Assembly (NCBI GenBank): GCA_001655205.1
Contig: LPNZ01003549.1
Span: 6,003 to 70,002, forward strand
Direction: 5' to 3'
DNA: 64,000 nt
Source: Lenisia limosa
Lineage: Eukaryota; Protista; Breviatea
Position numbers and translations under genes: made by a program. A model generated the notes under the pieces. It made no database searches, was not told where the DNA came from, and saw only the letters and a program-made list of their open reading frames with translations. Shown piece after piece: positions 1 through 12,196 of the stretch. Position 1 is the first letter of the stretch; every line of letters begins with the position of its first letter.

Positions 1-1733
1 GCTAATCTGAGCAGTGAAACAATGGAGAATTTAATATTTATTTGCCTGTCGCAGCATATTGTGAGAATCTTACCTGTACAGCAATGCAGATAAAGAGGAG
101 TGATCTGCTGAGTTTTGGGTACTTCATGTTCAGATTGACATAAGCAAGGGAGGAGACGAGAAGCATATTTGGCAGGAGTGGGACAATAAAGCGAAACTCT
201 TTATGTGCCGAAGCGGAGTAGACGCTAATACAAAGGAATGAAGCCAACAACAGCTTTCTAGCCAAGTGGACGACTGGGATCAGAAAACTGGCCTTTTTCG
301 ACACATAGCTCTGATTGAAAACCTGCAAAGAGATAAGCGTATTTTTTCAAATAATAAATACGTGTTGCGGACTTTTGCAAAAAAAAAAAATAATACCTGG
401 AAATGTGGTTGTTATTCCCAAGTGCAGTACATACCTATACCATCATACCAAAAAACATCCGTAGACAAAGAAGACAACAAAGGGGCCACAAATAACAGGA
501 ATAGCATTTGAAAAGTACCTAAGCAATAAAGAGCCACGCTTCATTCGTACCAATGGATAGGGTGTGTACCGTAGTATGAGCCAAGTCCACTGAAAACATT
601 GAACCGAAGAAACTCCCAAATCACAAAAGCAGGACGGCCGTACATCCATGAATCAAGCAGAACTGATGATCCAAGAATTGGAACACTGAGCGGGTTAGTC
701 AAGAAGAAAAAAATCCTACCCTAAGACAAAAGCTCTCCACACTACAGCCCAAGCCTCTTTAAACTGCTGGTCTCGAATAGAAACAAGAATAAGACACACC
801 CATAGCACGGCACTTGTCGGGCGAATAGAGCACGAGAGGCCTGCTAGTCCAACAGCTGTCCATTCCGATGCCCTGATCGTCACACCTCTCTCCAACGCAT
901 ACCTTGTTGACACACCTGGCCAATAGGCCAGAGCAAGCATTGTTGTGGTAAGTTCAAGACTATTAACAAGGGGGCGAAGGCCACAGTAGGCCATAAACCA
1001 ATTACTCACGAGAAACAAGAGCGAAACTGGAGCAAGCTCTTCACTCATACTGCGAATGGACTGAATAGTAACGAAGGTAGAAAAGTAACTTCCATGTTTG
1101 CAACTTTCTGCCCACACCCTTGTCAAATAGAAACCCAGTTACCTTGAAAGCAATCGTCTCTGCAAAAGCAAGGTAAAAAGCCTGTAGTATTCCAGGTCCA
1201 TACAGCTGAGGGATGAGGAGTCATACAAAAACAAACAAGAACAGTAGGAGACGTCTTTTCAAAGAACTTCATTATTATGTATACTGGTGTCAGCATAATG
1301 GGATGCAGATAGCCTCGGAGGAGCGAATTCCATTCCCATGTGAGGAAGCCAAAACCAAAAACAAGGCGATGACCCACTTCTCGTCCTTGCCACCATTCAT
1401 CTAGGAACATCAATCACGAGCATTGGAAAATTAAAAATATATAACATAAATATAAAACGTAAAACTACCTCTTGAGTAGGTTTTATGATTTTTTTGAAGA
1501 AAAAAACAAAGGAACAACTTAGTAAAAAGTAACGTTATATGATTCCTTTCTTCAAAAACAGCAAGAAAGACCCACCAACCAGGGTCAAAAGACGTTCGCA
1601 CCAAAAAAACAAGAGTTGATTGAAGGACAAACAGTGCTGCAAACACAGCCAAAAGGGGCAGTTTGTTGATCTGGGGCATTAAGGGCACAGTATGTTGCTA
1701 AATGAGACCTTCTTTCCCTCTTACATCAACCAT
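1..1733 (-). CDS. PIGB: GPI mannosyltransferase 3 (PIG-B/GPI10), multi-exon, 3' end runs off the window
   Basis: Spliced exons give RTSFDP|DEWWQGREVGHRLVFGFG..TWEW..LRGYLHP, SNWFMAYCGLRPLVNSLE, RPTSAVLW and HKEFRFIVPLLP, which are PIG-B family motifs. Start is ATG 1733 (9-nt first exon) or ATG 1679. Confidence 0.92.
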
Positions 1734-1988
1734 CTTTCTTGGGCAGAAGCAGCACTTCTTTCCCTGATAATCCTTTACTCCTTACTGCTTTAGCAATGAA
1801 AATAGAGAGAGAGAGAGAGGGGGGGGGGGTCGTTGGTTAAGAGAGAACTTCCTCCAGCTTTCTGCTCAAACTCTTCTATCTGCTTCTTTCCAGATTTTTT
1901 TTTTTCTCTCTACTACTACTCTGAGAAGAGACTACTATTACCACAACACTATTACCAATACCAAACATTAACCCCAAAAAACTGAAAC

Positions 1989-4900
1989 ATGGTGAAGATC
2001 GGTGATCAATTATTCAATTGAGGTGGTTAGTTATTTGCTGCACGCAAGCTGCACGACAGGGTGAGGAGCTGAGTGATAATGTCAGAATGAGGAATGGAGA
2101 ATGATTGCAAAAACTACAGGAAACAGGAAGGAAAGGGAACTGATATGAGGGCATAATAACTGTCCCAACATGTACCAGGCTCTCAATGCCGCCTATTCCA
2201 GGGTGATTAACATCTTTGATTTCATTGAGCTCTTGGAAGCCGAAAAGAGTCCAACAATCTGTCTGAAAAAGTTATTGTGCTCCGATGATCAATGCCAGGT
2301 TGGTGGTTAAAAATTACAGAAATAACCGCCATCGATGATATAGCTGACTTTCGAGTTAAAATGATGAATAAAGATCAAATAAGACTCACTTCGATAATGT
2401 CAAATAAGAATCACTTCGATAATGTCAAATAAGACTCACTTCGATAATGTCACAGTAGTAGAGATATGATATTAGTTAATTTTTATAGCTGTGAATGTAG
2501 GAATTTAACTGAAATCTACATGAAATAGTTTGATGAAATGACTGTCACAGGCGCCATCGCAACTCAACAAAGAAACACCAATTCTTGTCGGACTTCCCAG
2601 GTTGGCAGGACAGAATATTGGATAATTCAGTTAAACAGACGAAGCACGGTTCCTCTTATTGACAAGACGTGCGTCGGTGTCTGTGACGAGTCCATTAATG
2701 AGGTTGGTGGAAGTATGTCTAATGCTTGAAGACGGTTATCAGAGCGGCTAAACAGGTCCACTCAATGTCGTCGTTCTCCTTCCACAGTTTAGCGCTATGT
2801 TACAAAATGGTATGTTGACAATGCTTCTTTGCAGTAATAGCACAGGATGGGGCTTCATGCTACGTTCGAGAAAACAAACAATCGTCAACTGACCAACTGT
2901 TCACCAAAATTCCATGGGCACAGGTGTATCCAAGGCTAGGTTTGTTTATAATAAAGTTAATCTTCTATCATGTGTGTAATAAGACAGGTACAAGGCTGGT
3001 GACAACTCTCTTGGTTTACTTTGGCATATTTGTTTCTTACAACGGCGGATATCAGCAGGTTTGAAAGCAAATGAAATCGCCACATTGTGTTTAAGAAAGA
3101 ACATCAATCCAGCTTTATACTTGCATCATTGATTTGGATGTAGATTTGTGGAGTCTCAATTGATAGAGAGTTACGTAGCCTTGGTCTTTTAACTGGTCGT
3201 ATGAGGGGAGGGTTATGAGGCTAGATTGAACTTAGGATCACTGACACCACCTAGAACTTGGCAGTCACCCAATTCTTCCAAAGCCAGGAAATCAACCTCA
3301 AGGCATTGTCACAAAGAATGACCTCGAAAGAAAACCTCGGCGGAAAAGATCTCGAGGAGGCAGGAGGTGGAAGCAGCAGCCTCCCTCTATTCTCCCCAAA
3401 TTACCTGACTTGTCCCAGCCAAAACTGGACGGTGAATCCATCCCAACCACTTCCCTTCCCTCCCACCAACAAACTGAGCCAAATCTACCCGTTTGGCCAT
3501 CCATCTTACCATCATTCCGATTACCTCCGCGACCGTTAAAAAGAACCGCGTCAGACTCATGCATTTCCCCTCCTCCCCCCTCTCGTCCCAGGCCAGACAG
3601 TGTTGGAAAAGAGGGGCCATCTTTTCCGTCGTCACCATTGCTACAAACACGCTCGTATTTTTCTCCTCCCAATTCGCCACTTCATGTACCACCTCCTCCA
3701 TCAATCCATTTCCCCTCTGAACCACCATCACAAGGTACGGCCAAGCTCTGCTTACAATGTAGCTCCAAATGACGTTGCAGAACCGATCGCCTTCCTTCCA
3801 GCCCCATCTGTGGTCCTTCACGCGACTTCGATAATGTATTGTAAACGAAGCTCCAGAAGAGTCCTCGATGACAATCGTAGGTGATTGCCATTCTGACCCT
3901 CAGACCCCATTCGCAGCTTGGTGGCATGTCGGAGATCCGCCCGGGCATTGGTAGCGTTTATTGTGTCCTCGCCTCCGGGATCGGAAAAGGAGACCAGTAT
4001 TTCAGATCACATGATCAAATCAAAGGACCAAAAAAGGGTTTGTGTTCCTCTTTCTCATGTATTAGTCTGCGCTGTTCTTTCGTGAAGGCAGTCAGTTCTC
4101 AGGATCCGGGTACCTTTGGGGCTCCATCATCATGGATAAAAGAGTCAAATTCACAAAGCCTTTCAAGAATGCCAAAAACTGTTCATCCCCCTCCCTTCTT
4201 GGAGTTTCCTTCAGAAGAGCATGGGCCAATCGAGGGGCGCGGACACGGGTTATGAGGTTGGTACTTGTTCGGTAATGAGGGGGTTCTCACCTCTTTAGGG
4301 TTGGGAGTCTTCGGTCGCATCTTTCGTCTCATTGTATGGTAAGATAGGGACGGTGGTGATAATGACCCAATCTTACAAGCTTCCAAGAACATATCATATT
4401 CATTATTCCTGCATACATAGTATCCTCTATGCAGGAGCTCATGAATTCAGTTCCGCCGTCGGGCTTCAAGTGGAGCATTGTCCCGATTGATATCGCCTCC
4501 CGCCTCTCCAATGGTTTGTGGCAGTAGTCACAGAATTTACTGTTAAGAGGAGCAGACTGCAGCGGACAACATCCCTTCAGAATTTGAGACGGACAAATAA
4601 GCCCAGCAATTCCTCGGTCAAGATCTGTCCCGAAGCTCGAGGCTTGGTTAATGTCATTCTCCACGCTCTCCAGAAAGGCCGTCGTCTCCCTCTTTCAAAG
4701 CTTTTTAAGACGGAAATCAATTCCAACCCCCCCAGTCCGGCCATGTTTGATGGTGTTGACAGTTTTGGCTCGGTGGAGTGCCCTTCGGCTTCATCGTCCA
4801 TTTCTTCAAGACCACAGTCGCCTAAACCTTCCCTGTCATACCACCCTCCATTGTCGCCTCGCCCCATCTCACAACCTCGGTCGTTGTCCTTGTCGTTAAC

Positions 4901-7900
4901 ACCTACAATGTCTGAACCCTTCTCATTCACACCTACAATGTCCGACCTCTTGTCTCAGGGCCCTGATAACGCTTTGGAACCTAACTTGTTGAATCAGCAC
5001 ACCCCAGCTTCTGTTGTCTTCAAATGCATCATTTCAGCGTGTCGCCTCCTTTTCCCTCCAAAGTAAGGCACGGATTGGAACCCTGTCATGATTTAGAACC
5101 ACTTGGGGGTCGACTCACAACTACAAATGGTTCCAGAACTCGGTTTCTTCCTTTTTGGTGAAAAAGGGTGATGATCTGACTCTTCGTAGTTTGACAAAAG
5201 GACTCAAAATCAGTGCGTTTCTCCCTGTACCTAACATTCAGGTCAAATTCCATGGTTGAACGGAAGAGGATCTCGCTTTGACAGACGAAGTCAATCTCAG
5301 GAAGTCACAGAGCGATTTGTTTACTTCGTTTTCATAGGAGTAGTGGTTGGTGAACTTGTGAAAGTAACTGCAAAGGTACCAATGATCAGAGGCTACTTCT
5401 ATGTAACTGAAAGCACGTCATATGGCAAGAAACTGTTCTATTATCCTCACTCAACATGGAGTCGCATTTTGGCAGCACACTCCCCTGTAAGCACCGAAGT
5501 CTTCCGCTCTGACCATTATAGTCTATGATGAGGCCCCTTGGTGCATCTAGCTTCAATTCCTCTCTCAAAGTCTGTCAAGCAAGGCTTCTTCCAAAGGTTC
5601 TGAGTTGTTCCCCAATTTTTTTTGGTTTCACTATTTGATTTAATAACATATATGTAGGTTGGACCAGGGACTCGTTTAGTGTTTCCAATGAGGGCCGACC
5701 ATCAAACTAGCAGCATTATCAAAAAAGCACTCCTGTAAGCTCTGCAAAAGCTCATCTCTAGGGTGTATCAGCAGAAAAACCCGGTCCGACTTGGTGCTAC
5801 TGTTCTTGGAATCCATCGACTCGCTTCTGTGATCCGAGCCCTGTCCATGGCTGTTGGAAGCAAGCCAGCTTGGAAGGACCGAAAGTCAGGTGATATTTCA
5901 AAAATCAATGAAAATCCGGGTGAGACTGAGGCAATTTGGCCTTTCCATGGAGCACCCCTGCCTAATGGCGATTGGAGTCCTTGCCTGCACGTCACCCTTG
6001 ACGGTGTGGCCACTTCCTGCCAAGAGTGCGCTCAGATATGCGGGGTTGTTCCCTCCGAACCAATTCAAAAGTGTCAATTCAGCCCATCTCTCTATACAAT
6101 TGCCTCAACAGATTGTAAGAACAGGTTTCATCCTGACAAACAGCATCACAAGCATACGATCGCCTTCCGCATAAGACGTCTCATGACATTATCACAACTG
6201 CATTACAATCTGAGTAAGGCTGAAGTGCTTGTGACTTTGAGATTTGGTTCAGAGATTGAAACCTTCCGGTCAACACAAATCTCAGCCTCAGCGGTTCGCT
6301 CAGTGGTTCGTCAAAAACCACGAGTCCAAGTTGCCTCAAAAGGTGTGCAAACTGCTTGTTTCTCACTGTTTAGATGGCAAAGCTTCTACTCTCAACAACT
6401 TTGAAAGTAGGATAATTTTTGTCTAATTTTCAGATATTGTCATTCCGTACACTGGAATGTCAGTTCCAAGAGCGGACGTTTTGAGCGTCGGCCTGCAAAC
6501 TGTGAGCCAGCATGTGGTCAAGGTGCGTCAGCTGGTCTTGTGACACCATTTAGCTCAATAACAAGAAGTACATCCCAGTTGTTGGAATCCCACAGGGCTT
6601 CATGGCTTCCTCAGTTATCTTGTCACTTGCATATTCAAGACTCGACGTTCGGCTGCTAAACGCTGTCAAGAAGAGACTGTCGGACCAAAATGTAGGGAGC
6701 TTCTTAGGCTCACATCCAGGCACCACACCTCGAACTGGAACACCTCCCTGCAGCACTCAGCACTTTGGGCCAAATGTCAAAGTCTCAGAGGCGACATCTA
6801 ATTAAAACGCCGCGAGTGTTGCCGTCTGGCGGGGTACTTTGGAATTCCGAAAGTGGTATCATGGCGGTGGCTAGAGTTGTTGACGACTTCCTTGTCATCT
6901 CCAATCGGGTCAAGCCTGTTGTTACCTACCTCCAAGAGTTTAGTAAAGGTAAGGTAATTACTGCTTAAGGTTTAGATGATATGGAGTCCGGGTGTACAGC
7001 AAACCACAGTAAAACAAGGACCTCTCTGGACAGCCCAGTAAGGTGGTATCACACTGACATTGGAGGATGACACGATTGCCTGGGTTCCTTGGTGCTCACT
7101 CCTTCTTGGAACATCTCTTGAAGTCCGCAATGACTTGTCGCGATTCACTGGGGATGCGCTGCTAAACTCTGTTACCGACATGAATGTCTCCCTTGCTATG
7201 AACTTGTTAGGCGTGTTTTTGGCGTTATCCCACAGGCAACGGATTGTGTCTTACTCGTCTGTTCGGCTTTCGGAGTGTTTGCTGGACCCCAACATAAACT
7301 CTCCCCTCACCATTGCAGTGAATGTGTTTCAGGTGGGATCTAGGTGATCTTTTGACCTCAACAGTCGGTGTCTGTGGGGTGGCTCAAAGGAAGCTTCTTG
7401 AAACAAGTTCTTAGCTACTCTCAAGACTCCCTACAAAGTACTGAGTAGCCTTGGTTGATGTTTTAGTTCTCCTTTCACAGTCCCTCACTTTGATAACAAG
7501 GCACATTTTTGAGACCTCTTCACCACCCTTTTCCAAGGACCAGATCAAATGGTGGGATAATGTTGTTTTTCTTATACTTAGGTTGGCCTTAAGGGGCATG
7601 AGCTTTGCATTATCCAAAAGCACGGCCCTTAGACACATTATCCCGTACCTTTTCCTTCTCAATAGTTGTGGACTATCTCTGACGACAGAAGTAGGAGCTC
7701 GGATCCCTTATCATATAGCCACCTTAGGACCTTATCATATAGCCATCTTAGGACCTTGTCATAACCAGACCTTATCATATAGCCATCTTGGGAGGATCTG
7801 TTTCTCAAAGACGGGACTGCAGCACTTTGTGAAATGCCTGCCACCCAACGCCTCCTTCTGTTCTCCGTCTCCTCTAGGTTCTGTCACGAACTCGTTCAAA

Positions 7901-7924
7901 TCTCCACATTGTAAATTGTGTTAG
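1989..7924 (+). CDS. TERT: Telomerase reverse transcriptase, multi-exon; 5' exons uncertain
   Basis: QFP region LFPPK|TTWGSTHNYKWFQNSV and SQIPWL; T motif GYFYVTESTSYGKKLFYY (about 5391-5440); motif 1 ARLLPK; LGATVLG; motif A IASTD|SSQAYDRLPH (29-nt intron 6115-6143); motif B' GIPQG (6584); motif C ARVVDDFLVIS (DD at 6882-6887); motif D GCTANHSKT; motif E WVPWCSLLL. Exons at about 2180-3150 (ALNAAYSRVINIFDFI; WAQVYPRLG) resemble the TEN domain. Confidence 0.93.
2376..2452. repeat. 25-bp tandem repeat x3 in a TERT intron
   Basis: CAAATAAGACTCACTTCGATAATGT occurs three times with one substitution. Confidence 0.95.
7706..7793. repeat. 24-bp tandem repeat (about 3.5 copies) near the TERT 3' end
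   Basis: CCTTATCATATAGCCA(C/T)CTT(A/G)GGA units, one of them shortened. Confidence 0.9.
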
Positions 7925-7981
7925 ATACATTGGACGTAAGATTTTTAATTAAATAATATTGGAAAAAAAGAAGAAACCATT

Positions 7982-10900
7982 TTAGCGCTTGATATTAGGT
8001 AGAGACCTTGGCGTGAGGGACTGCGGGTAGTAGTACTGAGTTCGCGAGTTCGTTGGTATTGAACCTTGTAGTGCCAGGCCATGGACGTGTCTATTCATGA
8101 GTACTTCAGTGTTGCTTACCGGTTGGTACTTCTGGGCGCGGTGAAAGGGTCCTTTTGTGCAAGGCTTGACTGTTTTCTTTTGGGAGTAGGTTCGGACACT
8201 CGTGTTACCGGAATAGCAGCCTGACAATTACTCAAAGAATCAGAAAATACAACCCACAATCGGCTTCTTATGCAGAGATCTGATGGCGAAGAGTGGGGCT
8301 GGCNNNNNNNNNNNNNNNNNNNNNNNNNNNNNNNNNNNNNNNNNNNNNNNNNNNNNNNNNNNNNNNNNNNNTCCGTTCGTTTGGGGCTGGATTGACGCCC
8401 GCCTGGAGCAGTATGGCTGCCAAACTTCTCCCGTCACGGACCGCTGTGAAGGCCGCGACAGAGAGTCGCGGATGGAGGAACACAGTGGCAATGACTAGAC
8501 ACATGAGATCATGAGGCGGCCTACCCGAAGGCGCATATCGAGGCGTGCGCGCAATAGCTCTACACACTACACCTGGCCTAGAAGATGACGTCATGTGCAC
8601 CGCCTTACTTAATATTGTTTGCACGGCACTGGTGAACAAGAGCAACCCCAGAAATATGGATCAACAAATCAGACCTATAGAATGAAAGCCGGACAAAAGA
8701 CTCACGCTTGTATGGCGGCGTGGGCCAACTGTCTTCTGAACCACTGCATAGTTTCGTCCGTAATGGCTTGGCTCTTCTTGACTGGAGGCAGGCCTGATTC
8801 GACAGCAAGACTCAGACGAACGACTGACAGGCCAGAGGGCCCCGAAATCTACTATAGTTAGGGCTTTGGTTGGGCCTACTCTTGGGAATCCCCTGTCGGT
8901 TGCTGGAACTTTGCCTTGACGAATGGCCTGACGCTTTTCTTCCATTGCGTCAGCCCTTTTCATGCATGACGGCTTCATTTCCTCCACCTCTAGGTCCTTT
9001 TCGTCCGAAGATGGGATGACGAGCGGAGTGAAAATGTCTGAAAACGATTCAACCTTGACAGGTGCATCCACTGATAAACCAGCGAGCTCGCCTAGCACGT
9101 CAGCAACTTGGTTTTTCCTACTGAGGTCTGGGGAATGTGAGGGAGATACTGGAGGTGCGGAAGTATTCGGCGGAAGCTGTGGAGTGGATTTTATGAAAGT
9201 ATCTGGAATATAGGGGACTACATTCGGAGAATCTAAATGGTGACATTAGACCCCACAGACAAATTACCCACCAAAAACAGGCCTTTTTGTTTTGGATGGT
9301 GATGAAGGCTCGACCATGAGAGAAGCGCCCTCTTGGCTCGGAGGCTGGGGGTTGGGCTGGCGGGGTGTTGTGATTTCAGGAAGGTTGGTGTGGATAGTTT
9401 GAGGGAGGGTAACTGGAGTGACATCATCTTGCGTGGAAGAATTGGTAGGATAGAGTGAGGCAGTGTGTTTGGCTATCAACTCCGCTTCGGTAACCTAGAA
9501 TGTCAAAAGCAAATGGGTCTCACCGCGCGCGGCGTCCAGATCGTGAAGGACAGCACCAGAAGACGTGTTCGAGTTGCGGCGAGTAGCCCAACAGTCACGC
9601 CACCGGGCATGCTTGAACTGCTCTCTCGCTCCTTATCGCCAGGTAAGGGGAACAAGTGAAGTGATTGCACGGGTTCAGGAACATTGACTTGGTCTGGAAC
9701 ATGAGGCTGCCCAAATGTGTGAGAACTTACAGACAAGGTCGCTACTTATGACGTCCCATACCCTGATAGTGGAATCCTCCCCGGCTGTGGCTAAAACAGC
9801 CTAAAGGTCAGACATTGAAATGGCGTAACTTAACATCGTCTACCCTACAAACATCAGCGTTGTTATTAGCCGTAAGAAACGCTACGGCGTTGACTGGTCC
9901 GTCATGTTGCAAAGTGGCAATGAGGTGCGGTGTCTTTTTTAAAGCGTCCACGGGGCTCTCAGTATTTTGTACAATTTGAGATCGTATTGTGTCAGGAAGA
10001 GACATCAATGTTGCTGCGTCCCTTAGAAGCGTAAAACTGTCAATCCATAAGTACCAAACCATATTTTAGCAGATCCATCTTCACTAGCTGTAGCCACATA
10101 ATGCGAAGTCAGAATACTGATCCCAGTGACGGCACCATTATGAGAGAACTCTTTTGTTGCCCTAAACAGTAACATACAATTAGCCTTACAGAAAGCTGTC
10201 AGATAGCGAACTGAACACTTCAAATCTGATCAGTCAGAGAGAGGAAATGAACCAATCATATTCAGTAGAAAACCCAACAATGTAATATATTGCAGTCACA
10301 ATGTTGGTGATCAGACCACCAACCTGAAAGGGTTGACGAAAGAGACTTTTCCATTTGATAAACCGCCAACCAAGAGCCAGTGTGAAACCAAAGGAAGAGG
10401 AGGCTACAGAATAACTAGCCAAAGCAACTCACCATTTGGGGCTTTTTCTTTGGACCATTAATGGCTAAATCTGTCAGATCATAAGCCCCAATGTTTGAAC
10501 CAACCTTTACGAGGACTATAGGTTTGTTTGGCAGAAAAAATATCAGATTTGGTGGATACTAAATGTTTATTGTGACGCAAATGAGTACAGTAACCATGGC
10601 AGATATGGTAAATATAAAACAATTAGGGCTTCACTCCGGTACGAAAAAGATCAGGAAGCTATCGAAATATATCGAGAATTTATCGAAAAATTCAGTCATT
10701 TTCTGGATCGGAGTGAAGCCCTCTAACAACAATGTAAGTATTCAAGAAAAATAATCACAAAATAGTAGCCCACTTGAAGCAAATGTGGGAGATCCAACTA
10801 CTGAAGCCGAGAAATCTGGAGGGTTAAGTATGTACGATTTTGTGGAGGGATGAAGTGGCACAGCATACTGGAGTAGTTGGTGGATGCAAGTGATCGAACC

Positions 10901-11510
10901 GCTGAAGACAATGTCACAACATGGGGTGAGGCTAAGCAAGCCATTTTGACATTCCAAAGCATGGTCAGTCCATCAGCGGAACCAGTACTTAGATACTTAC
11001 AGTCGGGACTGAAGGTCATTGAAAAGATCGGCGACTGGTGCTTTCTCAATATTCTAAGCATGTCATATTTCTTTCTTGGCTTTTTGCATCACAAAACGCC
11101 AACAGACCCATGACAAGTTCTCTCAGTCAGGTTCCACAAGAGGACTCGACCACTTGCATCGCCACTTGCTAAAAACTGCGCATTGCTGCTGATGGCAAGA
11201 CAAGTAATCCCAGCCTTATGCAGACGTGATGTAGACCTTCCCAACTACGTGTCACTAAAACAACCAATCGCCTTACCTGTCCAACGTATTCCAACCCATC
11301 GGCAGCGGAACGCCACAGAAACACCACCATACCATTACCCGCTGCAACCACTCTAAATAATGTCAAATGCAATGCCTCCTTTGCCAATAAACCCAACTCC
11401 GCCTACCCCAAGGCCGAGCACGTATGGAAGAGGTTGACATCCACTTCGATGCTCTTATACAGTTTTCCAACAACAAGGTGCCTTCGTGGTGCACGCGACA
11501 CGTCACCCAT
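7982..11510 (-). CDS. WD40-repeat protein with low-complexity Pro/Ser/Thr-rich C-terminal half, multi-exon, spans an N-gap
   Basis: Repeats HKAGITCLAISSNAQFLASGDASGRVLLWN, HQSPIFSMTFSPDCKYLSTGSADGLTMLWN, HNGAVTGISILTSHYVATASEDGSAKI and HDGPVNAVAF..LATAGEDSTIRVWD, joined by in-phase GT-AG introns. Confidence 0.8.
10624..10725. mobile_element. hAT-like MITE, copy 1 (intron of the WD40 gene)
   Basis: Terminal inverted repeats TAGGGCTTCACTCCG...CGGAGTGAAGCCC(TC)TA. Flanks AAAACAAT and ACAACAAT match at 7 of 8 bp. Confidence 0.8.
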
Positions 11511-11842
11511 CTAACAAGTCAGAATAAGAGCCCGCCCACCGTTCACCGTACCCAACCTATACCTCAAGAAAGACACAGAAAGGCGTGGGAAATGGCTGTA
11601 ATTTACATTATATCGTTATATCTGCGTTATTTATAATACAGCAGTGTGGACTGAACAATGTCAAATAGGGGCACACCGGGAGAAGGTGAGATGTTGTTGT
11701 TGAGATGGGGGATTGGGTTGAGATCCGGTTGAGAGAGACTGCAGAGAGATGTTGAAGGTTAAAGGTGCTGTTTTAAATGAAGAGGAGCACTGGAAGAGTG
11801 GGAAGGAGGCCCGGAGGGAGGGCGTATTGGCTCGACCGCGGC

Positions 11843-11947
11843 TGGTCCGAAGATTCTGGCCCCAAATGAAGTAATCTATCTGTGGCTGGTCTCACACCTG
11901 GTCCGAAGATTCAAATGAAGTAATCTATCTGTGGCTGGTCTCACACC
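11843..11947. repeat. Intergenic tandem duplication (about 49-56 bp, two copies)
   Basis: TGGTCCGAAGATTC..AAATGAAGTAATCTATCTGTGGCTGGTCTCACACC occurs twice with a 7-nt indel. Confidence 0.9.
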
Positions 11948-12196
11948 CTCAGTCCGTTCCATTATTATCCGTACTCCCTCCATTATTATGAAAACACTCC
12001 AAAAAACAGTGACTTGCAGCAAATTCATGTGCAATCACAGAGACAATGCAGCAACAACCGATATCAATACATAAATAAAACCTCAATACAATTCTTGTAA
12101 CAACAAAGAACCTTGTCTTAATTTACAACCTTTGGCCTCTGACAAGCCTCATGGCCCATGAAACCTACAACATAAAACCTGACCAGAGCGTTCCTC

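Noticed and set aside
2376-2452. CRISPR-like array (also 7706-7793 and 11843-11947)
   Set aside because: These are head-to-tail repeats without unique spacers, in a eukaryotic context with no cas genes.
3298-4930. Long minus-strand ORFs, including one with FCDYCHKP (zinc-finger-like)
   Set aside because: They are antisense shadows of TERT exons on the plus strand.
5763-7347. Retrotransposon reverse transcriptase
   Set aside because: The T motif, the QFP region and many introns identify TERT. There is no endonuclease, integrase or LTR.
7982-8230. TPX2-like motif at the end of the WD40 gene
   Set aside because: The similarity is too weak and the reading frame is ambiguous next to an N-gap.
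10234-10422. Small membrane protein ORF
   Set aside because: It is an off-frame reading of a WD40-gene exon plus the following intron.
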